Positions 1 through 10,700 of a DNA stretch of 64,000 bases are shown in pieces. The notes below the pieces were generated by a model, which did not search any database, was not told where the DNA came from, and worked only from the letters and a program-made list of their open reading frames with translations. The translations under genes were made by a program, and so were the position numbers. Location: contig CAIIXF020000001.1 in NCBI GenBank assembly GCA_903813345.2, forward strand, positions 36,022,001-36,086,000, written 5' to 3'. The stretch is from Owenia fusiformis (taxonomy: Eukaryota). Position 1 is the first letter of the stretch. Each line of letters starts with the position of its first letter.

Positions 1-1952
1 TTGTAGCTGTAAGCAGTGCTATATATGGCTTGGTTCTCTCTATGATTATATGTGTTGTAGGTCATGATGGAGGTTGTAGCTGTAAGCAGTGCTATATATG
101 GCTTGGTTCTCTCTATGATTATATGTGTTGTAGGTCATGATGGAGGTTGTAGCTGTAAGCAGTGCTATATATGGCTTGGTTCTCTCTATGATTATATGTG
201 TTGTAGGTCATGATGGAGGTTGTAGCTGTAAGCAGTGCTATATATGGCTTGGTTCTCTCTATGATTATATGTGTTGTAGGTCATGATGGAGGTTGTAGCT
301 GTAAGCAGTGCTATATATGGCTTGGTTCTCTCTATGATTATATGTGTTGTAGGTCATGATGGAGGTTGTAGCTGTAAGCAGTGCTATATATGGCTTGGTT
401 CTCTCTATGATTATATGTGTTGTAGGTCATGATGGAGGTTGTAGCTGTAAGCAGTGCTATATATGGCTTGGTTCTCTCTATGATTATATGTGCTGTAGGT
501 CATGATGGAGGTTGTAGCTGTAAGCAGTGCTATATATGGCTTGGTTCTCTCTATGATTATATGTGTTGTAGGTCATGATGGAGGTTGTAGCTGTAAGCAG
601 TGCTATATATGGCTTGGTTCTCTCTATGATTATATGTGTTGTAGGTCATGATGGAGGTTGTAGCTGTAAGCAGTGCTATATATGGCTTGGTTCTCTCTAT
701 GATTATATGTGTTGTAGGTCATGATGGAGGTTGTAGCTGTAAGCAGTGCTATATATGGCTTGGTTCTCTCTATGATTATATGTGTTGTAGGTCATGATGG
801 AGGTTGTAGCTGTAAGCAGTGCTATATATGGCTTGGTTCTCTCTATGATTATATGTGTTGTAGGTCATGATGGAGGTTGTAGCTGTAAGCAGTGCTATAT
901 ATGGCTTGGTTCTCTCTATGATTATATGTGTTGTAGGTCATGATGGAGGTTGTAGCTGTAAGCAGTGCTATATATGGCTTGGTTCTCTCTATGATTATAT
1001 GTGTTGTAGGTCATGATGGAGGTTGTAGCTGTAAGCAGTGCTATATATGGCTTGGTTCTCTCTATGATTATATGTGTTGTAGGTCATGATGGAGGTTGTA
1101 GCTGTAAGCAGTGCTATATATGGCTTGGTTCTCTCTATGATTATATGTGTTGTAGGTCATGATGGAGGTTGTAGCTGTAAGCAGTGCTATATATGGCTTG
1201 GTTCTCTCTATGATTATATGTGTTGTAGGTCATGATGGAGGTTGTAGCTGTAAGCAGTGCTATATATGGCTTGGTTCTCTCTATGATTATATGTGTTGTA
1301 GGTCATGATGGAGGTTGTAGCTGTAAGCAGTGCTATATATGGCTTGGTTCTCTCTATGATTATATGTGTTGTAGGTCATGATGGAGGTTGTAGCTGTAAG
1401 CAGTGCTATATATGGCTTGGTTCTCTCTATGATTATATGTGTTGTAGGTCATGATGGAGGTTGTAGCTGTAAGCAGTCCTATATATGGCTTGGTTCTCTC
1501 TATGATTATATGTGTTGTAGGTCATGATGGAGGTTGTAGCTGTAAGCAGTGCTATATATGGCTTGGTTCTCTCTATGATTATATATATTGTAGGTCATGA
1601 TGGAGGTTGTAGCTGTAAGCAGTGCTATATATGGCTTGGTTCTCTCTATGATTATATGTGTTGTAGGTCATGATGGAGGTTGTAGCTGTAAGCAGTGCTA
1701 TATATGGCTTGGTTCTCTCTATGATTATATGTGTTGTAGGTCATGATGGAGGTTGTAGCTGTAAGCAGTGCTATATATGGCTTGGTTCTCTCTATGATTA
1801 TATGTGTTGTAGGTCATGATGGAGGTTGTAGCTGTAAGCAGTGCTATATATGACTTGGTTCTCTCTATGATTATATGTGTTGTAGGTCATGATGGAGGTT
1901 GTAGCTGTAAGCAGTGCTATATATGGCTTGGTTCTCTCTATGATTATATGTG
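1..1952 (+). repeat. 73-bp tandem minisatellite (>=26 units, runs off the left window edge) made of the DISP3 3' splice site plus the exon 5' part
   Basis: Unit gtcatgatggaggttgtagctgtaagcagtgctatatatggcttggttctctctatgattatatgtgttgtag. The ttgtag|gtc junctions fall at 61+73k up to 1886. Only a few variant positions were seen (near 493, 1478, 1585-1587, 1853). Confidence 0.98.
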
Positions 1953-2018
1953 TAGCGGCTGTAGCAATATTTACTGGACATCCTCTACTACTTCTTATTG
2001 TTTTCTTCACAATTCTAG
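1886..2018 (+). CDS. DISP3: Dispatched homolog 3 / PTCHD2, internal coding exon (third from last)
   Basis: ttgtag acceptor and G|gtaagt donor. Translates VMMEVVAVSSAIYGLVLSMIICVAAVAIFTGHPLLLLIVFFTIL(G), matching my recollection of vertebrate DISP3 (GLVLSLLICVAAVAVFT). Phase is compatible with the next exon. Confidence 0.9.
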
Positions 2019-2279
2019 GTAAGTCTTGTAATGTCTTGTTTTATAATGGTAAAACCAATCAGTAACACAGTATTAGTGATGAAATAAAAATAAAGGCATA
2101 TGGAGTCAGAATTTGCCATGGACGTTATATACTTGTAGGTGGAGCACCTCCCAAGTGGCAACAAAGGTGTTCCACTTTTATTCAAGTTTTTTAAATAGAT
2201 AATTGTGCATAGCAGAATGAAATACAATTGACCAAACAAGACTACAACACACATAATAACAGTTACACTGTACTTGTAG

Positions 2280-2446
2280 GTATGATTTGCCTAGTAGTTG
2301 CCATATTCTACATGGCTGGATGGCGTATGGGGGCAGTGGAGGCTGTGTCCCTCTCTATACTCGTGGGGTCCTCTGTGGACTACTGTGTACATTTAGTGGA
2401 GGGCTACCTACTGGCAGGCAACAGTCCCCCAACAGAGGCTCTTGTG
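2280..2446 (+). CDS. DISP3: Dispatched homolog 3 / PTCHD2, penultimate coding exon
   Basis: cttgtag acceptor and gtatgt donor. Translates GMICLVVAIFYMAGWRMGAVEAVSLSILVGSSVDYCVHLVEGYLLAGNSPPTEALV, which contains the RND GxxxD motif and the DISP3-like GAVEAxSLSILVGSSVDYCVHLVEGYLLAG segment. Confidence 0.95.
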
Positions 2447-2861
2447 GTATGTGTATTTGCAGTGCTTAAATATGTAGGCATACGCTATTTTAACAAGATC
2501 ATTGTTATTAAAGATGTATAATGCATAGCCAGTTCAGTGTCTTACAAGAAAATACTCATCTTCATAGGGTTTGGGTTAAATTGTGTGAAAAAATCACTAA
2601 GAAAGGATAAAAAATGGCAAAAATAGAGCCAACGGTCCAGAAATTCCTGATCACCCCTCATATGATCCAATTTTCTTCTTCAAGTAATGCTTCAAGAGAA
2701 CATCAAGAAAATCCCAAAATAAGTGGAACCATAAAGTGTGATTGAAACTACAGTGTATAGAATGTGCATGTGCTTGAAACATATGTGAAGGTCATATTAA
2801 ATTTTTATCCATCAAGTACTGTCTATAGAACAGAATTAAATTACATGTTTATCTATTTCAG

Positions 2862-3230
2862 AGCAAGAAGTACCTGCGGCGCTGGCGCACAAAGGCTGCC
2901 ATAGCTCATATAGGTGTCTCTATACTCAGTAGTGCAGTTACTACTATTATAGCGGCCATACCACTCACCCAAACAAACATTCAACCATTTGCTAAGTTTG
3001 GTGAGATAGTTGCAATTAACACTAGTGTATCCATCTTATATACACTTACTGGAGCCACAGCATTCCTTTGTTTATTTGCTCCTGCATATTTCACAAATAG
3101 TGTGAAGAGTTCATCTATAGCTTTCGCGATTGTTGGAGGTGTACTGGGAGCTATTACTTTGATGTTATTTATTATATCTAAGTGTGGTGTATCAATACCT
3201 GGTCCCAATGGACACAACCTATTTAGTTGA
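2862..3230 (+). CDS. DISP3: Dispatched homolog 3 / PTCHD2, last coding exon
   Basis: tttcag acceptor, phase 0, open for 122 codons to TGA at 3228-3230: SKKYLRRWRTKAAIAHIGVSILSSAVTTIIAAIPL...PFAKFGEIVAINTSVSILYTLT...IPGPNGHNLFS*. Typical Patched-family C-terminal transmembrane helices. Absent from the ORF track because it has no start codon. Confidence 0.93.
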   Translation, partial: SKKYLRRWRTKAAIAHIGVSILSSAVTTIIAAIPLTQTNIQPFAKFGEIVAINTSVSILYTLTGATAFLCLFAPAYFTNSVKSSSIAFAIVGGVLGAITLMLFIISKCGVSIPGPNGHNLFS

Positions 3231-3298
3231 ATTAAATATTTCTTTGAAAGCCCATTTTAACACCATGTGAAACATCTCAACTTCAAGGGAGTTATATC

Positions 3299-3452
3299 AC
3301 AAGTATATTTGCCAATGACACAGCCTTTGACATGTATGCTTGCCAGTGACACAACCTTTGACAAGTATACTTGCCAAAGACACAACCTTTGACAAGTATA
3401 CTTGCCAAAGACACAACCTTTGACAAGTATACTTGCCAAAGACACAACCTTT
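3299..3452 (+). repeat. 31-bp tandem repeat (~5 units) just after the DISP3 stop codon
   Basis: Unit gacacaacctttgacaagtatacttgccaaa, containing the palindrome caagtatacttg. Confidence 0.9.
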
Positions 3453-3559
3453 GGAGTCTGATAATGAGAACAAAACCAATGTTATTAACAAATTCGAGAC
3501 CTACTGTGAAGCTTGATCTGATAATTTCCTCATTGAAGGTTTGTAACTAAGTATGTTTA

Positions 3560-3753
3560 CTGTACTTCTACTTAATTTGGCTGCCATTTTAATTTGGTGA
3601 AAAACTGTTCAAGTCCCCCAAATTAAGTAGCCACCTAATTCCCAGTTATTTTAAAGTACAATGTAAAATAGTGAAAGTAGTGAAAGAAGCTGCCAATTGT
3701 TGAAAACAGCAAATCCACCAAAATAGGTTGCACCAAATTAAGTAGAAGTACAG
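3560..3753. mobile_element. MITE with TA flanks (Tc1/mariner-pogo-type, non-autonomous)
   Basis: TIRs ctgtacttctacttaatttgg / ccaaattaagtagaagtacag, flanked by TA on both sides. Confidence 0.85.
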
Positions 3754-4029
3754 TATTGTGCAAGGTACAGGTTTTTCTGAATTTATAAGAGGCTACATGG
3801 GATTATTTTATTTATGATTTTAAGAATCACAATCATAATTTCCTGTGAATTCTTTTTGAAACATGCCAAATCAAGAATATTTCATTTTACAGAAGGTTAC
3901 TTTTTACAGAAGGTTACACATGGATGTCAGAAAATTTGTATTAAAAGATCTAATTGTTGCAGTATTTGTATAATATTATATCAAACATTTATTTGTGTGT
4001 AATTCAGATGCTTATTTGTAAATAAGCTA

Positions 4030-4035
4030 AATAAA
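4030..4035 (+). terminator. Candidate polyadenylation signal for DISP3
   Basis: AATAAA ~800 nt after the stop codon in AT-rich context. Weak evidence on its own. Confidence 0.3.
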
Positions 4036-4247
4036 TGTAATGATTAATTGTAATTATTTAGCTATGAAGATCCTTCAAATCCTACATGAACTATGCTAAT
4101 ATTACAGGGTGTCAAATAAGTCCATTCCTCGGAACCTATTGTGATTCTAGCTGTTTAGGGTTGAGTATTTGACATCCATACATTGTATAAACATTTAGTC
4201 ATTGACTACTGTACAGTACAGCGTAACCACTTATGGTATAGTAACTA

Positions 4248-4425
4248 CAGTGAAACATGTATATCCTAACATCTCTCTAATCTGAACACCTCTCAATGTG
4301 AACATTTTTTTCTCATTCCCAAATTTCTTATCATACATGTTTATAAAATCTTGAAATGTGAGTACCTGCTAATCTAAGCACTTTTAGCTGGCCCCAAAGG
4401 TGTTAGGATTAAACAGGTTTTACTG
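4248..4425. mobile_element. Tigger/pogo-like MITE with TA flanks
   Basis: Termini ta|cagtgaaacatgt ... acaggttttactg|ta. Its 3' half recurs at ~7790-7904 and a related longer copy lies at ~54604-55016. Confidence 0.75.
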
Positions 4426-7400
4426 TAAATGAAATCAAAACTTCTCATTCTATGATAATAGTGTATGACTTTTTCCTTGGATAGGCATATAGGCATTACA
4501 GCTCAAGAGGTTCACCATGTTGTAAATATGAGATGAGAACTTCATCATATAAGATAGGCTTCAACAAGGTTGTCTTTATAACTGAGAAGCTTCTCCTTTA
4601 GGAGATAATGGGATGTGCTTCAGGTACCTCATGGCCTAGGCAACAACAAAAATTGTCTACAAATAAAATTGGCAACAATAAAAATTGTTCCATGAATGTT
4701 CTGCTGTACTGTACTATACTGTGCTGTGCCGTGCTGTACTGTACTGTACTGTACTGTACTGTACTGTACTGTTTCCAGATCTGAAAGCATGTATCTGGTC
4801 ATGAAAATAGTTTTCTTTTTAGTTTTTACTTTTTGTATATATAAGGCTAGTCAACTTTATACTGCTATTGCTAAGTATCGTCATGACATAATCACTGAGT
4901 AAGTGTATGGGCAAATCTCTGTATCTTTAGATTAATTTTACACTTTACAAATTACTTGTTCTAATTGATTTAAAATTGAAGATAATGGTAAGCTTAGACC
5001 AGATCTTTGTGTTACCTCAGCACAAGTTTGACCTGTCTAAGGGAGGGGGGGCACGGTCTTGATGTAAGATCTAAATTTCAATCAATCAAAATCTATTTAA
5101 TTATTCAGTAAAATCTAATTAGTTTGAATCTCAAGGATTTTATGAATGTTGACAATACAGTTATGTAAACTTTACATCCAATCCAATTTTCATTTTGATT
5201 CAAATAACAAATAATTGTTTGTGAGTAAGACCTTGTTTCTGACTGTTTTTTTGCTGTCTTCTATTTATTAGGGGTGAAATGAATACGTAGCCAAATACTT
5301 GGTAGCAAATAGGTTTGAGGTAATATTTGAATGGCTAATTTGATATTTGTGATATTCAAATATAGTGACCTTGCATGCTCATTCTAAATATTTGTTACCA
5401 ATATTGAATATTAAATATGAGGATTTACTGATCATTTCAATCCTAAGAAAGGAGAGTTGTGATTTCGTCTCTATGCCATTGCATATCAGAAAACCAAGCT
5501 TGTTATCCATTATCTTATATTGAAATATGTTCAATTAAACTTTGGTACTTATTCATATTTTTAAAGATATTATTCAAAAATGTAACCTGACTCCAAAATG
5601 TAAGTTATTTTGGTGTACAGTATCAGTATATGAACCTGTTATACTCTTTTATTACATAAGATCGACTCAAAATATTGACTGATGATTTGTATGCGATTTT
5701 ATTTTTCAATTATTTACAATTGTAGCGATCTTCCAATTTTAAAGAAGGGCAATTATATTGTATTCTCACCCAGTGTTATAAAGATCTGATTTGTGAAATT
5801 TTGAAAATATTAATATGTATTTTTTTGAAAATAGATTTCTTGGGGCCACATACCTGTGGGCATCCTACATATTTAGCTACATTAAAATAATTAAGATCTG
5901 GTTAAAAATAAATTAGAAATCTAGAGACAAGAGCAAAAGATAGATCTGACAAAATTTCATTATAAAGTTTAATAATCATTGAAACTTATGGTGTAGGCCT
6001 AGCACTTTTGAAAATATGATTTTATCATAAAAGACATCATGATAAACCATGACATCTTATTTCTTCTCAGTTCGGAGATAGAATGATGATATGAGTATCA
6101 GAATGATAAAAGGTGCAATGAGTTTAATTTGATTTAAATGAACATTTTTGCACACAATATTACGGTATTGTTAACAATTGCAATCACACCATTATTTAAT
6201 TATTGCCTATCTGCAAAATATGTTTTTTCTTCAATGTATTGTTTATTTCAAAAACACCATATTGTCTGTTTTTCTATTTTCTTAAATTGCATACTTACAA
6301 TGGCACATAGATTATTTATTCAAGACTCAGTGTAAGACTACATACGATAGTCATTATGTTTTTAACATTTTTATTATTAATGATTTTTAACACGCTTAGC
6401 CTTTATGTTTTTCTGAAAGGGTCTTTGTACTGTGTTAAACTCTATTCAAGCACCTGTACAACATTATGTATGGAAATGTTCAATAAAAGTATGCATATAA
6501 ATGTGAGGAATGTGTTTGTATTGTATTTTTTACATGATGGACATGAAGATTTTGAGACCATGTTATTTCATTAAGATTTTGATTTTACTTTAGACATTAT
6601 TAATAATACATTTGAAAGTCATGTGTCAAGCCCTTGTGAAGCCCCTCCTGTCCCGACACACCACCAGGTGATGTGAAGCGGATCCAGAGACTTGATGCAA
6701 GACTATCTCAACAAATTCTATGTCACCTACTATAAACTAATATTGATATAGTGAGATAAATATATTGAAAAGTACAAATTGAATACCAGAAGGTATGTAT
6801 ACTGACTGCCATGTGTCTTTTCATTTCCTCTGGTTTCTATTTGATTGCCTTTTATATTGGAGAAGACAGTTGTGATCTGAACATCAGATTGTATCATACC
6901 CACTCTCATCTCTTATGCATGTAGCGAATGAAATAGAAAATGCTGGTTGGCCATACCAAAATGAATAACAATAGTTATCAAGGATAATATTTCCAATTAA
7001 CTCCCACTGAAAAAATCATTTCTTATTAAAGCACAGCTTGAAAAATTTCAAGTAATGCGATGGTTGTGATTCCCGATATTTCACTTTCCTCATAAATAAT
7101 CACATCACCACTTCTATTAATCATGAATAAAAATGCTTTTTGTTATTTATGAATTTCATTAGTTCTAAAATCACCAGACCAGCTAAAATGGTGAATTTAC
7201 ATACATGGTCTGTGATGTTCTCGCTTTTTATCACACTTTTTCAAAGTGCTATATTGGTCATCATCATCATCTTGTGCCGATGACCTTGTCCCTGTCTACA
7301 TCTGTCTCTGGGTGGGTGGACAGATGGATGGATCCTGCATAAATTTTATCATCACCTCTTCAACTTTTAATTTTTACTCACGTGAAATTTTACCCAAGTA

Positions 7401-7787
7401 GAATTTTTACCCAAGTGAGAAAACAGCTTGCCATACCACTCTTATAAAACCACCAATAGACTACTAATACTCAACTGGTAGAAAATGTTCTATAAGTGAT
7501 TTGTTAGTGGTGATTTTCGTTAACAGACCACTTTTTGCCCTTGACTTAACAGGTGGTTTATTAGTTGAAAAAATTACCATGCAAATGAGATAAAAATTAT
7601 TGACCAATCAGAGAGCATGTAATACACTTAGAATACACCACTAATACATCATTCTTCATCAGTCTTATACACCACTACTAGTCTTAAAGACTACTAACAA
7701 ATCACTCCTGAAATCTCAGAATTTTATACATCCATAAGGTACAAAATCTCTATAGTGCTAAATTCAGTGAGAAATATGAATACGATT
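4317..7787 (+). repeat. Tandem segmental duplication, copy 1 (~3.47 kb)
   Basis: Colinear high identity with 7788-12569, for example identical 72-aa spurious ORFs at 6356 and 11133 and shared (ctgta)n tracts at ~4705 and ~8165. Confidence 0.95.
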
Positions 7788-10700
7788 CCAAATCTGTTAT
7801 CATACATGTTTATTTTTGTTTATAAAACCTTGAAATGTGAATACCTTCTAATCTAAGCACTTTTAGCTGGCCCCAAAGGTGTAAAGATTAAACAGGTTTT
7901 ACTGTAAATGAAATCAAAACTTCTCATTCTATGATAATAGTTTTTTCTTGGATAGGCATATAGGCATTACAGCATTACCATGTTGTAAATATGAGACAAG
8001 AACTTCATCATTTAAGATAGGCTTCAACAAGGTTGTCTTTATAACTGAGAAGCTTCTCCTTTAGGAGATAATGGGATGTGGTTCAGGTACCTCGTGGCCT
8101 AGGCAACAACAAAAATTGTCTACAAATAAAATTGGCAACAATAAAAATTGTTCCATGAATGTTCTGCTGTACTGTACTATACTGTGCTGTGCCGTGCTGT
8201 GCTGTGCCGTGCCGTGCTGTACTGTACTGTTTCCAGATCTGAAAGCATGTATCTGGTCATAAAAATAGTTTTCTTTTTAGTTTTTACTTTTTGTATATAT
8301 AAGGCTAGTCAACTTTATACTGCTATTGCTAAGTATCGTCATGACATAATCACTGAGTAAGTGTATGGGCAAATCTCTGTATCTTTAGATTTATTTTACA
8401 CTTTACAAATTACTTGTTCTAATTGATTTAAAATTGAAGATAATGGTAATCTTAGACCAGATCTTTGTATAACCTCAGCAAAAGTTTGGCCTGTCTAAGG
8501 GAGGGGGGGGGGCACGGTCTTGATGTAAGATCTAAATTTCAATCAATCAAAATCTATTTAATTATTCAGTAAAATCTAATTAGTTTGAATCTCAAGGATT
8601 TTATGAATGTTGACAATACAGTTATGTAAACTTTACATCCAATCCAATTTTCATTTTGATTCAAATAACAAATAATTGTTTGTGAGTAAGACCTCGTTTC
8701 TGACTGTTTTTTTGCTGTCTTCTATTTATTAGGGGTGAAATGAATACGTAGCCAAATACTTGGTAGCAAATAGGTTTGAGGTAATATTTGAATGGCTAAT
8801 TTGATATTTGTGATATTCAAATATAGTGACCTTGCATGCTCATTCTAAATATTTGTTACCAATATTGAATATAAATATGAGGATTTACTGATCATTTCAA
8901 TCCTAAGAAAGGAGAGTTGTGATTTCGTCTCTATGTCATTGCATATCAGAAAACCAAGCTTGTTATCCATTTTCTTATATTGAAATATGTTCAATTAAAC
9001 TTTGGTACTTATTCATATTTTTAAAGATATTATTCAAAAATGTAACTGACTCCAAAATGTAAGTTATTTTGGTGTACAGTATATGAACCTGTTTGAGATA
9101 TTTCTTTTTATACTCTATTATTACATAAGATCTACTCAAAATATTGACTGATGATTTGTATGCTATTTTATTTTTCAATTATTTACAATTGTAGTGATCT
9201 TCCAATTTTAAAGAAGGGCAATTATATTGTATTCTCACTCAGTGTAATAAAGATCTGATTTGTGAAATTTTGAAAATGTTAATATGCATTTTTTGAAAAT
9301 AGATTTCTTGGGGCCACATACCTGTGGGCAGCCTACATCTTTAGCTACATTAAAATAATTAAGATATGGTTAAAAATAAATTAGAAATCTAGAGACAAGA
9401 GCAAAAGATAGATCTGACAAAATTTCATTATAAAGTTTAATAATCATTGAAACTTATGGTGTAGGCCTAGCACTTTTGAAAATATGATTTTATCATAAAA
9501 GACATCATGATAAACCATGACATCTCATTTCTTCTCAGTCCGGAGATAGAAAGATGATATGAGTATCAGAATGATAAAAGGTGCAATGAGTGTAATTTGA
9601 TTTAAATGAACATTTTTGCACACAATATTACGGTATTGTTAACAATTGCAATCACACCATTATTATCCCATCGAATGAAGTTCGGAGGGATATAGGGAAC
9701 GCCTCCGTCCGTCCGTCCGTACGTACGTCCGTCCGTCCATCCGTCCGTCCGGGCAATAACTCAAATACCGTTGGCCCGATTTTGTTCATATTTTGTACAC
9801 ATATACCCTATGGGGGTAGAAGTTCTGCTCGAAAGCCGATTTTCAAAATGGCCGCTCATTTCAAAATGGTGGCCATTTTAGTGCCGATTTTACAGTAATT
9901 TAGGTGTAATATGTAAAACTGTATTAGCAATATGTTTTAAATGAAAAAAAATTATAAAGGACATTAATAATGCTACAAATGTAGATATTAAAGAAGCACA
10001 TGGCAGCCATCTTGAAAAATGGCGGCCTTTACTCGTCATTTTACGATTTTTGCTATAACTCAAAAAATAGTGGAGCGATTTTGTTCATATTTGGTATGTG
10101 AATACTATAAGCATTGCACACTGTCTAAAAACACTTTTGGTAGAAGGTGGCCATTTTGAAAAATGGCCGCCATTTTAACATATTTTACTATTACTCGAAA
10201 AGTAGTGGAGCGATTTTGTTCATATTTGGTATGTGAATACTATAAGCATGGCACACTGTCCTATGACACTTTTGGTAGAAGGCGGCCATTTTGAAAAAAA
10301 AATTGAAAAATGGCCACCATTTTAACATATTTTACTATGACTCGAAAAGTAGTGGAGCGATTTTGTTCATATTTGGTATGTGAATACTATAAGCATGGCA
10401 CACTGTCCTATGACACTTTTGGTAGAAGGTGGCCATTTTGAAAAAAAATTGAAAAATGGCCGCCATTTTAACGTATTTTACTATAACTCGAAAAGTAGTG
10501 GAGTGGTTTTGTTCATATTTGGTATGTGAATACTATAAGCATGGCACACTGTCTATTTCTAATGACACTTTTGGTAGACGGTGGCCATTTTGAAAAATGG
10601 CCGCCATTTATACGTATTTTACTATAACTCGAAAAGTAATGGAGCGATTTTGTTCATATTTGATATGTGAATACTTTAAGCATGGCACATTGTCGAATAA

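Noticed and set aside
1..1952. CRISPR-like array or repeat-encoded protein
   Set aside because: The units are contiguous with no unique spacers and the context is a eukaryotic intron. The 73-bp period shifts frame and hits a stop every third unit.
1816..2022. ORF-track 68-aa protein MMEVVAVSS...
   Set aside because: It starts in the penultimate repeat unit and goes out of frame. The true exon frame starts at 1886.
2981..3217. Minus-strand 78-aa ORF
   Set aside because: Antisense shadow of the DISP3 last exon.
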